Below are positions 11,031 through 20,833 of a DNA stretch of 55,740 bases, piece by piece; positions within the stretch are counted from its first letter, which is position 1; each line of letters starts with the position of its first letter. The DNA lies in contig JAJDOE010000129.1 in assembly GCA_022340345.1 (NCBI GenBank), forward strand, positions 1-55,740, written 5' to 3'. Made by a program: the position numbers and the translations under genes. The stretch comes from Gammaproteobacteria bacterium (GTDB taxonomy: Bacteria; Pseudomonadota; Gammaproteobacteria; HyVt-429). The notes under the pieces were generated by a model. It was not told where the DNA came from and made no database searches. It saw nothing but the letters and a program-made list of their open reading frames with translations.

Positions 11031-11801
11031 TTGGACCTGGTCCTGACCAAGGGGGTGGCACTGTTGTTGCTGCCCCCGGGTATTTTCGTGGTGCTGGGTC
11101 TGCTGGCCCTGCTGCTTTGGAAGCACAGCCGGCTCGCGCGGTTGCTGGCCTGGGCGGATATCACGCTGCTGGTGGTGCTGAGCCTGCCGGCGGTGGGCAA
11201 CCACCTGCTCAGCCGCTTGCAGGCGGAGGTATCCCCGCTGGATCCGCAGGCCCTGCCCGCGGCCCAGGCCATCGTGGTGCTTGGCGGCGGGCGCTATGCG
11301 GCGGCGCCGGAATTCGGCGGCGTGGATGTGAGTTCCGGCGCGGCGCTGGAACGGCTGCGTTACGCCGCCTGGCTGCAACGGCGCACCGGCCTGCCGCTAC
11401 TGCTCAGCGGTGGCAGCGCCTTCGGCCAACAACGGCCGGAAAGCGAGCTCATGGCCGAGAGCCTGTCCCGGGATTTCGGCGTTCGGGCGCGCTGGACCGA
11501 GACCCGTTCGCGCACCACCTTTGAGAACGCGAAGTTCTCCCGCAAGTTGCTGGCCGCCGAGGGCATCGACCGGATCCTGCTGGTGACCCACGCCCTGCAT
11601 ATGCCCCGCGCCAATGCGAGTTTTGGTGCGGCCGGATTCGATGTGGTTCCGGCGCCCACGGTTTTTCTCACCCGCGGCGCATTCAGCGACACGTTGCTGA
11701 ACTACCTGCCATCCATGGGCGGTCTGCGGGCCTCGGATGCTGCCCTGCACGAGTACCTCGGACGGGCGTGGTACGCACTGCGCAGCCCGCCCCGGGACTG
11801 A
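11031..11801 (+). CDS. DUF218 (ElyC/YdcF-family) envelope protein
   Basis: N-terminal TM segments followed by DUF218-like blocks 'AIVVLGGG','LLLSGG','TFENA','ILLVTHALHMPRA'. TTG start. Confidence 0.75.
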   Translation: MDLVLTKGVALLLLPPGIFVVLGLLALLLWKHSRLARLLAWADITLLVVLSLPAVGNHLLSRLQAEVSPLDPQALPAAQAIVVLGGGRYAAAPEFGGVDVSSGAALERLRYAAWLQRRTGLPLLLSGGSAFGQQRPESELMAESLSRDFGVRARWTETRSRTTFENAKFSRKLLAAEGIDRILLVTHALHMPRANASFGAAGFDVVPAPTVFLTRGAFSDTLLNYLPSMGGLRASDAALHEYLGRAWYALRSPPRD

Positions 11802-11810
11802 ACTCCGGGC

Positions 11811-12527
11811 TCAGGGGCGGCCCATGGCGGCCTGAACTTCGGGTGCCTCCCAGATCGTGTATTCCGCGCGAAGTTCCTGGCGCGCGATCTCGGCCTGCGA
11901 CGACGTCAGGTGGAACACCCGGGGTGAGCGATTGGCGTGCAGAATGTCACCCTCGCGGAATGCCGCGCCGAATGGGTTGCGGCGGTTAAATAGCCGGCAG
12001 AAGCGGTCGAGCTCGTCGTGCCGGGCAACCACGTCGTAGCGTAGAAGATTTTCCATTGCCCGGTTCGGATCCCGCTCCCCGGCATCGAACCAGGCAAGGT
12101 AACCGGTCTGGTCGGCAAAAAAGCGGCACAGGGTTGCGAAATTCTCCTCGGAAATGGAGGCGATATCCGGGCGATCGCCGAGGAGCGAGTCCGGAAACAG
12201 GTTCAACGCAATACCGAAGCCGAGGAAGGAGGCGAGCCGCTCAACAGGTTCTCTCAGGAGGGTAACCCGGAAAATCTCGCCAGCCGCGAGAACCCGCGAG
12301 TCGTACACACCGAACGGCGAATGATCGGCAAGCAGTCGAATTCCGGAAGGAAGTGGCGCGCCACGCGCTTCGAGCATCGGCAGGTTGTCGTTGCGGGCGC
12401 AAGTGACCTGCGGAATGTGCACCTGCTGCGGATGCAGGTCCTTCCCCAGCAGCTTGAACAGCATTTTGCGCAGCGAGCTCCCGGAGCACTTGTGAATGTG
12501 CGTGAAAACCAGGACCGGGGCAGCCAC
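11811..12527 (-). CDS. Sulfotransferase family protein (Sulfotransfer_2-like)
   Basis: A 5'-PSB-like 'VFTHIHKCSGSSLRKML' and a 3'-PB-like 'TLLREPVERLASF'. 238 aa with no TM segment. Confidence 0.7.
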   Translation of the reverse strand: MAAPVLVFTHIHKCSGSSLRKMLFKLLGKDLHPQQVHIPQVTCARNDNLPMLEARGAPLPSGIRLLADHSPFGVYDSRVLAAGEIFRVTLLREPVERLASFLGFGIALNLFPDSLLGDRPDIASISEENFATLCRFFADQTGYLAWFDAGERDPNRAMENLLRYDVVARHDELDRFCRLFNRRNPFGAAFREGDILHANRSPRVFHLTSSQAEIARQELRAEYTIWEAPEVQAAMGRP

Positions 12528-12529
12528 GC

Positions 12530-13207
12530 TCAGGCACCCGCAAGCTCGCGGTCGAGTTCCGCCAGGCGTTGCGGTGTGCCCACGTCGCGCCAGATTCCGT
12601 GGTATGCCTCACCGCTGGCTTTTCCGGCGGCAACCGCCTGGTGCAGCAGTGGGGCCAGCGGGAAGCGTTGCTCGCGAATACCCGCGAACAGGTCCCGGTG
12701 CAGCAGCGAGATGCCGGAAAAGGTCAGCGCGGTACCGGTGTCCTCCAATTCGCCGAGCCGGCCATCCGGGGCAAGCCGGAAATCGCCTCGCGGGTGGTGG
12801 GCGGGATTGGGAACCAGCACGAGGTGGGCCGAGCTGACCTGCTTTTCGGTCAGGGTTGCGAACGGAAAGTCCGTGTAGATGTCCGCGTTAACGACCAGCA
12901 GCGTATCGGCCCCGCTGATTTCGAACGCCCGGCGCACGCCGCCGCCGGTTTCCAGGGCGCCCTCGGGCTCCGGTGACCAGCGGATGCTCACCCCGTAATC
13001 CGCACCCGAGCCCAGCGCCGCCTGCAGGCGGTCTCCCAGCCAGGCGGTGTTGATAATGATCTCGGTGATCTCCGCCGTGGCGAGGCGGCGCAACAAGTGA
13101 CCGATCAGGCGGTCACCGCCGGCGCGCAGCAACGGCTTGGGTTGCCGGTCCGTCAGCGGGCGCATGCGTTCCCCCCGACCCGCCGCCAGCAGCAAGGCCT
13201 GGGTCAT
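12530..13207 (-). CDS. murU: N-acetylmuramate alpha-1-phosphate uridylyltransferase MurU-like nucleotidyltransferase
   Basis: 'MTQALLLAAGRGERMRPLTDRQPKPLL' NTP-transferase motif. The ATG at 13207 overlaps the amgK stop (ATGA). The amgK-murU pair is divergent from lptD, as in pseudomonads. Confidence 0.8.
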   Translation of the reverse strand: MTQALLLAAGRGERMRPLTDRQPKPLLRAGGDRLIGHLLRRLATAEITEIIINTAWLGDRLQAALGSGADYGVSIRWSPEPEGALETGGGVRRAFEISGADTLLVVNADIYTDFPFATLTEKQVSSAHLVLVPNPAHHPRGDFRLAPDGRLGELEDTGTALTFSGISLLHRDLFAGIREQRFPLAPLLHQAVAAGKASGEAYHGIWRDVGTPQRLAELDRELAGA

Positions 13208-14187
13208 TCCGCCAGCCCCGCGCTGTCCAGCAGGCGCGCCAGGGGCGCCAGCTCCGGGTAGCTCTGGCAGCACTCGCGCAGGTATCCCAGCACTCGCGGG
13301 ATGTCGTCCAGGAACCCGGATTTGCCGTCGCGGTGGTGCAGGCGCGCAAAAATCCCGATCGCCTTGAGGTGGCGCTGGACGCCCATCCAGTCGAACCAGC
13401 GCAGGAAGGTCTCGGGTGAGGAGCCCACCGGCAGACCGCTGTCGATTCCGTGGTGGTAATAGCCCAGCGCCCAGGATTCCACCTGTTCCCGCGGCCAGCG
13501 GATGTAGCAGTCCTTGAGCAGGGAGACCAGGTCGTAGGTCACCGGTCCGCAGACCGCGTCCTGGAAATCCAGGATTCCCGGGTTATTGCGACCGGTTACC
13601 AGCAGGTTTCGGGAATGAAAATCCCGGTGGACCCAAACCCGTGGCTGTTCCAGGGCGGTGGTGGTCAGCAATTTTTCGCTGTCGGCAAACCAGGATCGCT
13701 GCTGGTCGTTCAGCGCAAGGCCCAGGTGGCGGATCAGGAACCATTCCGCAAACAGCCCGGTCTCCCGGCCTAACAACTCCGCGTCGTAGGCAGGCAGCGC
13801 ATCTTCCTGGCCCTGGCCTCCGGCTTGCAGGGTTCGCAGAGCCCCCAGGGCGTCCCGGTAGAGCTGCGCCACGTTGTCCGGGGCCAGCGCATCCAGGTAC
13901 AGGGTGTCTCCGAGATCGGTGAGCAGCAGGAATCCCTGCTGCACCTCGGTGGCCAGCACCTGCGGAACATTCAGGCCCAGGGCCGCGAACCGTGCGGCAA
14001 TCTTCCGAAACGGGCCGGTATCTTCGCGTTCCGGCGGTGCATCCATGGCGATCCAGCTTCCGTGGCGGGTAGTTACGCGAAAGTAGCGGCGGAAACTGGC
14101 ATCCTCGGATGCACTCGTTATCGAGCATCCGTCCAGCTCTGGCAGCGTATGCAGCCAGCACCTCAGCTTGTCCAGCCTTTCATCCAA
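13204..14187 (-). CDS. amgK: Anomeric MurNAc/GlcNAc kinase AmgK-like (aminoglycoside phosphotransferase fold)
   Basis: 'ASFRRYFRV', 'HRDFHSRNLL' and 'ILDFQDA' kinase motifs, and coupling to murU. Confidence 0.8.
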   Translation of the reverse strand: MDERLDKLRCWLHTLPELDGCSITSASEDASFRRYFRVTTRHGSWIAMDAPPEREDTGPFRKIAARFAALGLNVPQVLATEVQQGFLLLTDLGDTLYLDALAPDNVAQLYRDALGALRTLQAGGQGQEDALPAYDAELLGRETGLFAEWFLIRHLGLALNDQQRSWFADSEKLLTTTALEQPRVWVHRDFHSRNLLVTGRNNPGILDFQDAVCGPVTYDLVSLLKDCYIRWPREQVESWALGYYHHGIDSGLPVGSSPETFLRWFDWMGVQRHLKAIGIFARLHHRDGKSGFLDDIPRVLGYLRECCQSYPELAPLARLLDSAGLAE

Positions 14188-14270
14188 GTAGTGGGAGCCT
14201 CTATAATTCCCGGCGAAATCCGGCCTGCCAGAACGCGGACGGCATCATCTATAAGAGGGGCATCGATTCT

Positions 14271-16460
14271 ATGCGAAATCCCATGCGTCACAAGCACGCG
14301 GTCGTAACCGTGGTACTGCTGGGCCTTTCCCTGCCGGCAGCCAGCCGCGCGGCGACACTCGCCTGTGTACCGGACACACTGCCCCACACGGCCCTCAAAA
14401 AGGGTGCGGATGCGGCGGCGCTTCCGATCGACCTGGAAGCGGACACCGTGGAGCGTGCTGGCGACGGCCCGATTGTCCTAACGGGAGCGGCGGTGGTCAG
14501 CCAGGGAAACAAGAAAATCAGCGGGAAAACCATCCGCTACGACCAGCAGGCGGACCAACTGGATGCGGAAGGTGACGTGGAACTTCGCACCAGCCGCGGT
14601 GACCGGATCCGTACGCCGCAGCTCGAATACCAGCTTGAGACCGGAATCGGCAAAACCGGGTCAGCGGATTTCGAGATGGCGAAGACGGGTATCGTCAAGG
14701 ACGGCAGGGTCGAGCTTCGCGGACGTGGTAGCGCCAGCACCATCCACCTGGAAGGCGAGGGCCTGACACGGCTGGTGAACGCCGTCTTTTCTCCCTGCGT
14801 AAAAGGAAAAGACGACGTGATCCTGCGTGCCAGCGAGCTGCAGGTTGACCAAAATAGCGGCGTGGGGCGGGCAAAGCATGTGCGGGTGGAGTTCCTGGGC
14901 GTGCCGTTGTTTTATGCCCCTACGCTTTCCTTCCCCATCAGCGATGAACGCAAAACAGGATTCCTGGCGCCGACCTTCGGTTCCGAGGCGGATTCCGGGT
15001 TCGTGCTGGGCATACCGTATTACTGGAACCTTGCGCCAAACCGGGATGCCACGCTAACGCCACGTTTTTACGCCAATCGCGGTCTGATGCTGGAAGGCGA
15101 GTTCCGGTACCTGGGCAAGAACTACAACGGCAGCCTGGCCGGTGCCTGGTTGCCAGGCGATGACCAGTTTGGCAATGAAGACCGGCATGCGGTGTCCATC
15201 CTGCACGACCACCGCCTGGGCAAGCGCACGGTGGCGCGCCTGCAATACCAGGACGTGAGCGACCGGGACTATTTCGACGATTTCAGCAACGATTTTAACG
15301 TGGCATCTGCCACGTTCCTGCCGCAAACCCTGGCAATCACCCATTTTGCGGACAAATTCACATTGTCTGCGGACGCCTTGCTGTACCAGCCAATCGACGA
15401 GTCGATCTCGGTTGCCAACGAACCCCAGGAACGCCTGCCGCGGCTGACCTTTAGAACCACGCTGCCGAACCGGCCCAACCGGCTGAACTACGGACTGGAT
15501 GCTGAATTCACCAGTTTTCACAGCGATGTTCGCGTTGAAGGCAATCGGCTGGACGCCACACCCTGGATAAGTTATCCGCTCGAGGCCATCTACGGTTTTG
15601 TGAATCCGAAATTCCGATTGCGCCACACCAGTTATTCGAACTTGAACAATATCCCGGCGGGGAACGACGAAGCACCGTCCCGAACCGCCAGCGTATTCAG
15701 CCTCGACAGCGGGCTGTTTTTTGAGCGCCAGACCCATTTTCGGGGACGCGACGTTACCCATACCCTGGAGCCTCGGGCCTACTACCTGTTCGCCAGCAAC
15801 GAGGATCATTCGGATTTTCCGATCTTTGATACGGCGGTGCTCCGGCTGAACAATTTCAGCCACTTTTTCTACGACAACCGTTTCGTAGGGCGGGACGTGG
15901 TTGGTGATGACAACCGCGTTACCCTGGCCCTTACCTCCCGTTTGATCGATAACGGAAGCGGGCGCGAGATGCTTCGCGCCAGCATCGGCCAGATCTACTA
16001 CTTTGAAGATCGCCAAATTGGCGGGCTGGACACGTCCAATTCCTCGGACATTATCGCAGAGGTCAAAGGGCAACTGAGTGACTACCTGAGCCTGGAAACC
16101 GTGTGGCAATGGGATAACCAGCTGGATGAAATGCGTGAGGCCCGGGTGTTTCTTAACTACCACGAGTCAAGGAAAAACAACGCCTACGTCGCCTATCGTT
16201 TCGCCCGGGATTCCCGGGAACAGATGGACGCCAACATCAACTGGCAGCTTGCACCGCGCTGGAGTGTCCACGGTCGCTCCGTTTACGATTTGCGCAATTC
16301 GAAGCAGCTCAACACCGCCCTGGCGCTGGAATACGACGCCTGTTGCTGGGCGCTGCGCGTGGGCGCGCAGCGGCGGGTCAGCGAAGATGGCGGATTTCGA
16401 AATGCGATCTTTGTGCAGTTGGAACTTTCCGGTCTGACAAGTATTCGCACCGGTTTCTAG
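14271..16460 (+). CDS. lptD: LPS assembly outer-membrane protein LptD
   Basis: The ATG at 14271 precedes the signal peptide 'VVTVVLLGLSLPAASRA'. It has an OstA-like N-domain and a large beta-barrel ('GFLAPTFGSEADSGF..IPYYWNLAPN'). surA follows. Confidence 0.93.
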   Translation: MRNPMRHKHAVVTVVLLGLSLPAASRAATLACVPDTLPHTALKKGADAAALPIDLEADTVERAGDGPIVLTGAAVVSQGNKKISGKTIRYDQQADQLDAEGDVELRTSRGDRIRTPQLEYQLETGIGKTGSADFEMAKTGIVKDGRVELRGRGSASTIHLEGEGLTRLVNAVFSPCVKGKDDVILRASELQVDQNSGVGRAKHVRVEFLGVPLFYAPTLSFPISDERKTGFLAPTFGSEADSGFVLGIPYYWNLAPNRDATLTPRFYANRGLMLEGEFRYLGKNYNGSLAGAWLPGDDQFGNEDRHAVSILHDHRLGKRTVARLQYQDVSDRDYFDDFSNDFNVASATFLPQTLAITHFADKFTLSADALLYQPIDESISVANEPQERLPRLTFRTTLPNRPNRLNYGLDAEFTSFHSDVRVEGNRLDATPWISYPLEAIYGFVNPKFRLRHTSYSNLNNIPAGNDEAPSRTASVFSLDSGLFFERQTHFRGRDVTHTLEPRAYYLFASNEDHSDFPIFDTAVLRLNNFSHFFYDNRFVGRDVVGDDNRVTLALTSRLIDNGSGREMLRASIGQIYYFEDRQIGGLDTSNSSDIIAEVKGQLSDYLSLETVWQWDNQLDEMREARVFLNYHESRKNNAYVAYRFARDSREQMDANINWQLAPRWSVHGRSVYDLRNSKQLNTALALEYDACCWALRVGAQRRVSEDGGFRNAIFVQLELSGLTSIRTGF

Positions 16461-16526
16461 ATTTTCACGAGACAAATCAGATGCGGCAGCCGGTAACGGC
16501 TGCCGCCTTTGCTCAGGAGCATCCGA

Positions 16527-17849
16527 ATGGCTTCCAGACTTCCACGCTTGGTGACCCTTGCGGTTACGGCAGTACTCGCCGCATTTACGGCGTGGCAACC
16601 GGCGCGCGCGCAACCCATTGTTCTCGACAAGGTGCTGGTCGTCGTGAACGACGATGTCATCACCGATGGTGAGTACCGGGCGCAACTGGAACTCGCCCGG
16701 AGGCAGATGCCACAGGGACGCCGACCGTCTGACGATGTTCTTCGGCGGCAGATCCTGGATCGCCTGATTACGGAGCGGGTTCAGATTCAGTACGCCGAGC
16801 GGACCGGGATCAGCGTGGATGAAGCGGCAGTGAATGAGGCCATCCAGCAGATCGCCCGAACCAACCGGCTAAGCCTGGAGCAGATGAAAGCAGAACTGGC
16901 CAAGGACGGTGTTACGCTGGTCGACTTTCGCACCCAGATTCGAAACCAGCTGATCATCCGGCGACTGATCGAGCGAAATATCAATCGCCGGGTCTCCGTG
17001 GGCGAGGGCGAAATTGAGCACTGGCTGGCGACCCAGGAACCTGCGGCACCACCCAAGCCGGTCACCGAGTACCATATCTCTCACATCCTGGTGGCGATCC
17101 CACCGCAACGGGATGAAACTGCGGTGCGCGCCGCCCAGGCGCGGGTTGCGGCGGTGCACCAGCAGTTGCGCGAAGGTCTGAGCTTCGCCAAAGCGGCAAG
17201 AGAGTTTTCCCAGGGCGCAGAAGCTCCCCAGGGCGGCCAGATCGGCTGGCGCCGGCTGCAGGACCTGCCTCCGGCAGTCGCCAAGCTGATCAGCAGCCTC
17301 AAGCCCGGCCAGCTCAGCCCGATCCTGCGCTCGAACCTGGGATACCATATTTTCCGCCTGGACCGCACGCGGCAACAGAAGGTCGACCGGCCGGTCCGTA
17401 CCGAGACCCGCGCGCGGCATATCCTGCTGCGCACCACGGAACTGTTTACGGACGAGGACGCCCGCACCCAGTTGCAGCGCTTTATTGAGCGCATCAAGGC
17501 GGGTGAGGATTTCGGCGATCTGGCGCGGGCGCATTCCGACGACACCGCTACCGCGGCCCGGGGCGGTGAACTGGATTGGGTAGCCGCCGGCACCCTGGAT
17601 CCTGCCTTTGCCGAGGCCATGAACGCACTGCCGGTGGGCACGGTCAGTCAGCCGGTACAATCCCGCTTCGGCTGGCACATCATCGAGGTATTGGACCGCC
17701 GGACCCTGGATGCCGCCGACGCCAATGCTCGCGAGGAGGCACACCGCCAGTTGCGACGGAAAAAGGCCGAGGAGCGGTATGACCGTTTCCTGCGCCAGTT
17801 GCGGGACGAAGCCTACATCCGGTATGTGGCAGAGGAGTTCGCCCAGTAA
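16527..17849 (+). CDS. surA: Periplasmic chaperone/PPIase SurA
   Basis: The ATG at 16527 has 'aggag' upstream. Signal peptide '..WQPARAQ', a SurA N-domain and two parvulin domains ('GGQIGWRRL..LGYHIFRL','GGELDWV..SRFGWHIIEV'). Confidence 0.93.
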   Translation: MASRLPRLVTLAVTAVLAAFTAWQPARAQPIVLDKVLVVVNDDVITDGEYRAQLELARRQMPQGRRPSDDVLRRQILDRLITERVQIQYAERTGISVDEAAVNEAIQQIARTNRLSLEQMKAELAKDGVTLVDFRTQIRNQLIIRRLIERNINRRVSVGEGEIEHWLATQEPAAPPKPVTEYHISHILVAIPPQRDETAVRAAQARVAAVHQQLREGLSFAKAAREFSQGAEAPQGGQIGWRRLQDLPPAVAKLISSLKPGQLSPILRSNLGYHIFRLDRTRQQKVDRPVRTETRARHILLRTTELFTDEDARTQLQRFIERIKAGEDFGDLARAHSDDTATAARGGELDWVAAGTLDPAFAEAMNALPVGTVSQPVQSRFGWHIIEVLDRRTLDAADANAREEAHRQLRRKKAEERYDRFLRQLRDEAYIRYVAEEFAQ

Positions 17850-17871
17850 ACCGTCGGCGCCGGGATCCAGA

Positions 17872-17903
17872 CCAAAAAAAAGGGGCGCCCGGTGGGCGCC
17901 CCT
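17872..17903 (-). terminator. Rho-independent terminator of amtB
   Basis: The stem 'aggggcgccc'/'gggcgcccct' with a 4-nt loop is followed on the minus strand by a T-run (the plus strand reads 'aaaaaaaa' at 17873-17880). It lies 35 nt past the amtB stop. Confidence 0.8.
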
Positions 17904-17938
17904 ACAAATGCCCTGTTTGGGCAGGTCAGCTGCAGGGA

Positions 17939-19207
17939 CTACTTTCCCGAGCCATGGGCCCCGGTAAATTCCGGGTAAGCCTCCAGCCCGCATTCGGCGA
18001 GATCGACGCCTTCATACTCTTCCTGTTCGGACACCCGGATGCCGATGGTGAATTTGAGCAGCGTCCATACCACCAGCGAAGTGACCAGGACCCAGCCAAA
18101 AATCACTCCGGCTCCGTAGAGTTGTGTGAGCAGGGTGGCCTCCGGGTTGGACAGCACCACCGCGATCAAACCCCAGAGACCCACCACACCGTGTACCGAT
18201 ATGGCGCCCACCGGGTCGTCGATTCGCAGCTTGTCCAGCAACAGGATGGAAAACACCACCAGCACGCCGCCCAGGGCTCCGATTCCGCTGGCCAGCAGCG
18301 GTGTCGGGTTGAGGGGTTCGGCGGTAATCGCGACCAGGCCCGCCAGCGCTCCGTTCAGTGCCATGGTGAGGTCGGCCTTGCCAAACATCAGCCGCGCCGT
18401 AATCAGGGCGGAGACTACGCCGGCGGCGGCTGCCGCGTTGGTGTTGACGAAGACCAATGCAACGGCGTTGGCTTCGCCGACGTCGGAAACTTTCAATTCC
18501 GATCCGCCGTTGAACCCGAACCAGCCCAGCCACAGGATAAAGGTACCCAGCGTGGCCAGCGGCAGGTTGGCGCCAGGCAGCGCATTGATCTTACCGTCCT
18601 TGCCGTATTTTCCCTTGCGTGCGCCGAGAAGCAGCACGCCCGCAAAGGCCGCTACGCCACCGCACAGGTGGACCACGCCGGAACCGGCAAAGTCCTGGAA
18701 GCCAGCCGCGTCAAGGAAACCACCGCCCCACTTCCAGTACCCCTGCATCGGATAGATGAACCCGGTGAGGACCACGGCAAACAGCAGGAAGGACCACAAC
18801 TTCATTCGCTCCGCAACCGCACCCGACACGATGGACATGGCGGTGGCCACGAACACCACCTGGAAAAAGAAATCTGCCAGGTTCGAGTAGTAGGGAGCGC
18901 CATCGCCGCCGGCCAGTACCGCGGCCGCCTCGTTATCTGCCTTGCCGAGGATGGATGGCAGTCCCGGCCACCAGGAGGACACCGCAGCGTCGCCCGGGTA
19001 CATCAGGCTGTACCCCATCAGCATGAACATAATGCAGGCGATCGCGTACAAGGCGACGTTCTTTGTGAGGATTTCGGTGGTGTTTTTGGCGCGGACCAGG
19101 CCCGCCTCGAGCATGGCGAAGCCAGCTGCCATCCACATCACCAGCGCGCCGGTTACCAGGAAATAGAAGGTATCAAGCGCGTAACTGAGCTCTTTCAAAG
19201 CTTCCAC
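17939..19207 (-). CDS. amtB: Ammonium transporter
   Basis: 422-aa polytopic Amt family protein ('DFAGSGVVHLCGG','AISVHGVVGLWG'), immediately downstream of glnK. Confidence 0.95.
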   Translation of the reverse strand: MEALKELSYALDTFYFLVTGALVMWMAAGFAMLEAGLVRAKNTTEILTKNVALYAIACIMFMLMGYSLMYPGDAAVSSWWPGLPSILGKADNEAAAVLAGGDGAPYYSNLADFFFQVVFVATAMSIVSGAVAERMKLWSFLLFAVVLTGFIYPMQGYWKWGGGFLDAAGFQDFAGSGVVHLCGGVAAFAGVLLLGARKGKYGKDGKINALPGANLPLATLGTFILWLGWFGFNGGSELKVSDVGEANAVALVFVNTNAAAAAGVVSALITARLMFGKADLTMALNGALAGLVAITAEPLNPTPLLASGIGALGGVLVVFSILLLDKLRIDDPVGAISVHGVVGLWGLIAVVLSNPEATLLTQLYGAGVIFGWVLVTSLVVWTLLKFTIGIRVSEQEEYEGVDLAECGLEAYPEFTGAHGSGK

Positions 19208-19236
19208 GGGAATATCTCCGATAGGTAGGTTCGGGT

Positions 19237-19623
<387 letters not shown>

Positions 19624-20289
19624 TTACAAGGACTTGGAAACGCTCACGACGACGCGGTCGTCACCCAGCTTGCCGTAGACCAGCTCGCCGTCGTTGTTCA
19701 CACCGTAGGCGGTGATCCCGAGATCGAAACCACTTACGGCGGTTGAAACACCGATGGAGTAATCGACCGGGTCGGGTCCCTCGTCGTAGTCATACTTTCC
19801 GACGTGCAGGGCGAGGGTGAGCTTTTCGCCGAGCGGGATGTCCGCGCCGGCCTCGTAGTAGTTGCCCAGGTCCGGGCCGTCGATCTGGAAGCTCGCCTTG
19901 GCGCTGAACATGCCGAAGCTCAGGCCGACATAGGCCTCGGTGAAATCCGGGTCGGCAACGTCATCGAAGTAGCGGTAACTGATTACGCCCGCATCCACTC
20001 CGAGGCCCCCGCTCAGTTCCCCGGACCAGCCACCGTAGAGGTCAAGCTCCAGGTTTTCCGGTCCGCCGAAGTCCACGTTGGAGCCCCAGGTGCCAAGGTA
20101 AAAGCCGGACTTGTCGCTAAAATCAAATCCACCCTGGATGGCGGGATTCTCCATGGTCTGGGAATAACCACGCCATACGTAATCGGTGGTCAGGGCCACG
20201 TTGCCGCTGAGCTCGGCCTGGGCGGCGCTTGCGCTGGCCAGCAGGGAGCCGGCCACCAGGGAGTTCATCAGGGTCTTTTTGCAATACAT
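19624..20289 (-). CDS. TorF-family putative outer-membrane porin
   Basis: Signal peptide '..ASAAQA' then 'ELSGNVALTTDYVWRGYSQT'. The alternating beta-strand pattern is typical of the TorF-type putative porins I recall commonly preceding glnK-amtB. Confidence 0.7.
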   Translation of the reverse strand: MYCKKTLMNSLVAGSLLASASAAQAELSGNVALTTDYVWRGYSQTMENPAIQGGFDFSDKSGFYLGTWGSNVDFGGPENLELDLYGGWSGELSGGLGVDAGVISYRYFDDVADPDFTEAYVGLSFGMFSAKASFQIDGPDLGNYYEAGADIPLGEKLTLALHVGKYDYDEGPDPVDYSIGVSTAVSGFDLGITAYGVNNDGELVYGKLGDDRVVVSVSKSL

Positions 20290-20335
20290 TTTGAAATCTC
20301 CAGCACGGGGTTAAGGAAAACTCTGTGGACCGTAT

Positions 20336-20351
20336 TGCAAGGGGTGTGCCA
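20336..20351 (-). promoter_or_regulatory. Sigma-54 (-24/-12) promoter for the porin-glnK-amtB operon
   Basis: The minus strand reads TGGCAC-ACCCC-TTGCA, an exact match to TGGCAC-N5-TTGCW. The GC element lies about 48 nt upstream of the porin ATG. Confidence 0.75.
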
Positions 20352-20423
20352 ACCCCGATCTGGCGTGTTTTTGGCGGATTTATGGCAGCATCTGCACCAA
20401 TGGGGTTCGCCCCGGAAGGCTTG

Positions 20424-20440
20424 CGCACCATCCTGGTGCG
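20424..20440. promoter_or_regulatory. NtrC-type enhancer palindrome
   Basis: 'cGCACCatcctGGTGCg' matches the GCACC-N5-GGTGC core, about 85 bp upstream of the -24 element. A half-site 'TGCACCA' lies at 20393-20399. Confidence 0.55.
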
Positions 20441-20455
20441 GGGGAACTTGCTAAG

Positions 20456-20725
20456 ATGCCAGGCATGGAAAAGACCCGACCCGGCAACGTACTGGAAGAT
20501 CTGGCCAGGCTGGTGGAAGGCGTGTTCCCCCAGGCCCTGGCCGAGGATCTGCGCAAGAACCTGCGTGGCGTGTTGCGTGGCGGACTGGACCGGGCCGGCC
20601 TGGTGACTCGCGAGGAACTGGAAATCCAGGAGGCCCTGCTGGAACGCACCCGCGCCCGGCTGCGGGAGCTGGAAATCCAGGTGGCGGAGCTGGAAAGCCG
20701 CCCGGGACCGGAAACGCCCGGCTGA
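20456..20725 (+). CDS. ubiK: Ubiquinone biosynthesis accessory factor UbiK (BMFP/YqiC family)
   Basis: 89-aa coiled-coil protein, '..LVTREELEIQEALLERTRARLRELEIQVAELE'. The start could be the ATG at 20465. Confidence 0.8.
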   Translation: MPGMEKTRPGNVLEDLARLVEGVFPQALAEDLRKNLRGVLRGGLDRAGLVTREELEIQEALLERTRARLRELEIQVAELESRPGPETPG

Positions 20726-20833
20726 GCGGACCAGGCGCCGCTCCGGATTGAGCCCCGGCCGCGGGCTGCTTTCTCCGCATGCGGCGAAAAAAAGCCCGTT
20801 GTAGCGTTCTGCGCATCGCACCATGCGGGGACC

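Noticed and set aside
14109-14270. A 54-aa N-terminal extension of LptD from the first in-frame start.
   Set aside because: The extension overlaps the divergent amgK start region and precedes, rather than forms, the signal peptide. The ATG at 14271 gives a normal n-h-c signal sequence.
17850-17938. Synteny break after surA (no pdxA-rsmA-apaGH; amtB converges instead) as a sign of insertion or rearrangement.
   Set aside because: The junction holds only an ordinary terminator hairpin. There are no repeats, mobile genes or compositional change. The gene order may simply differ in this lineage.
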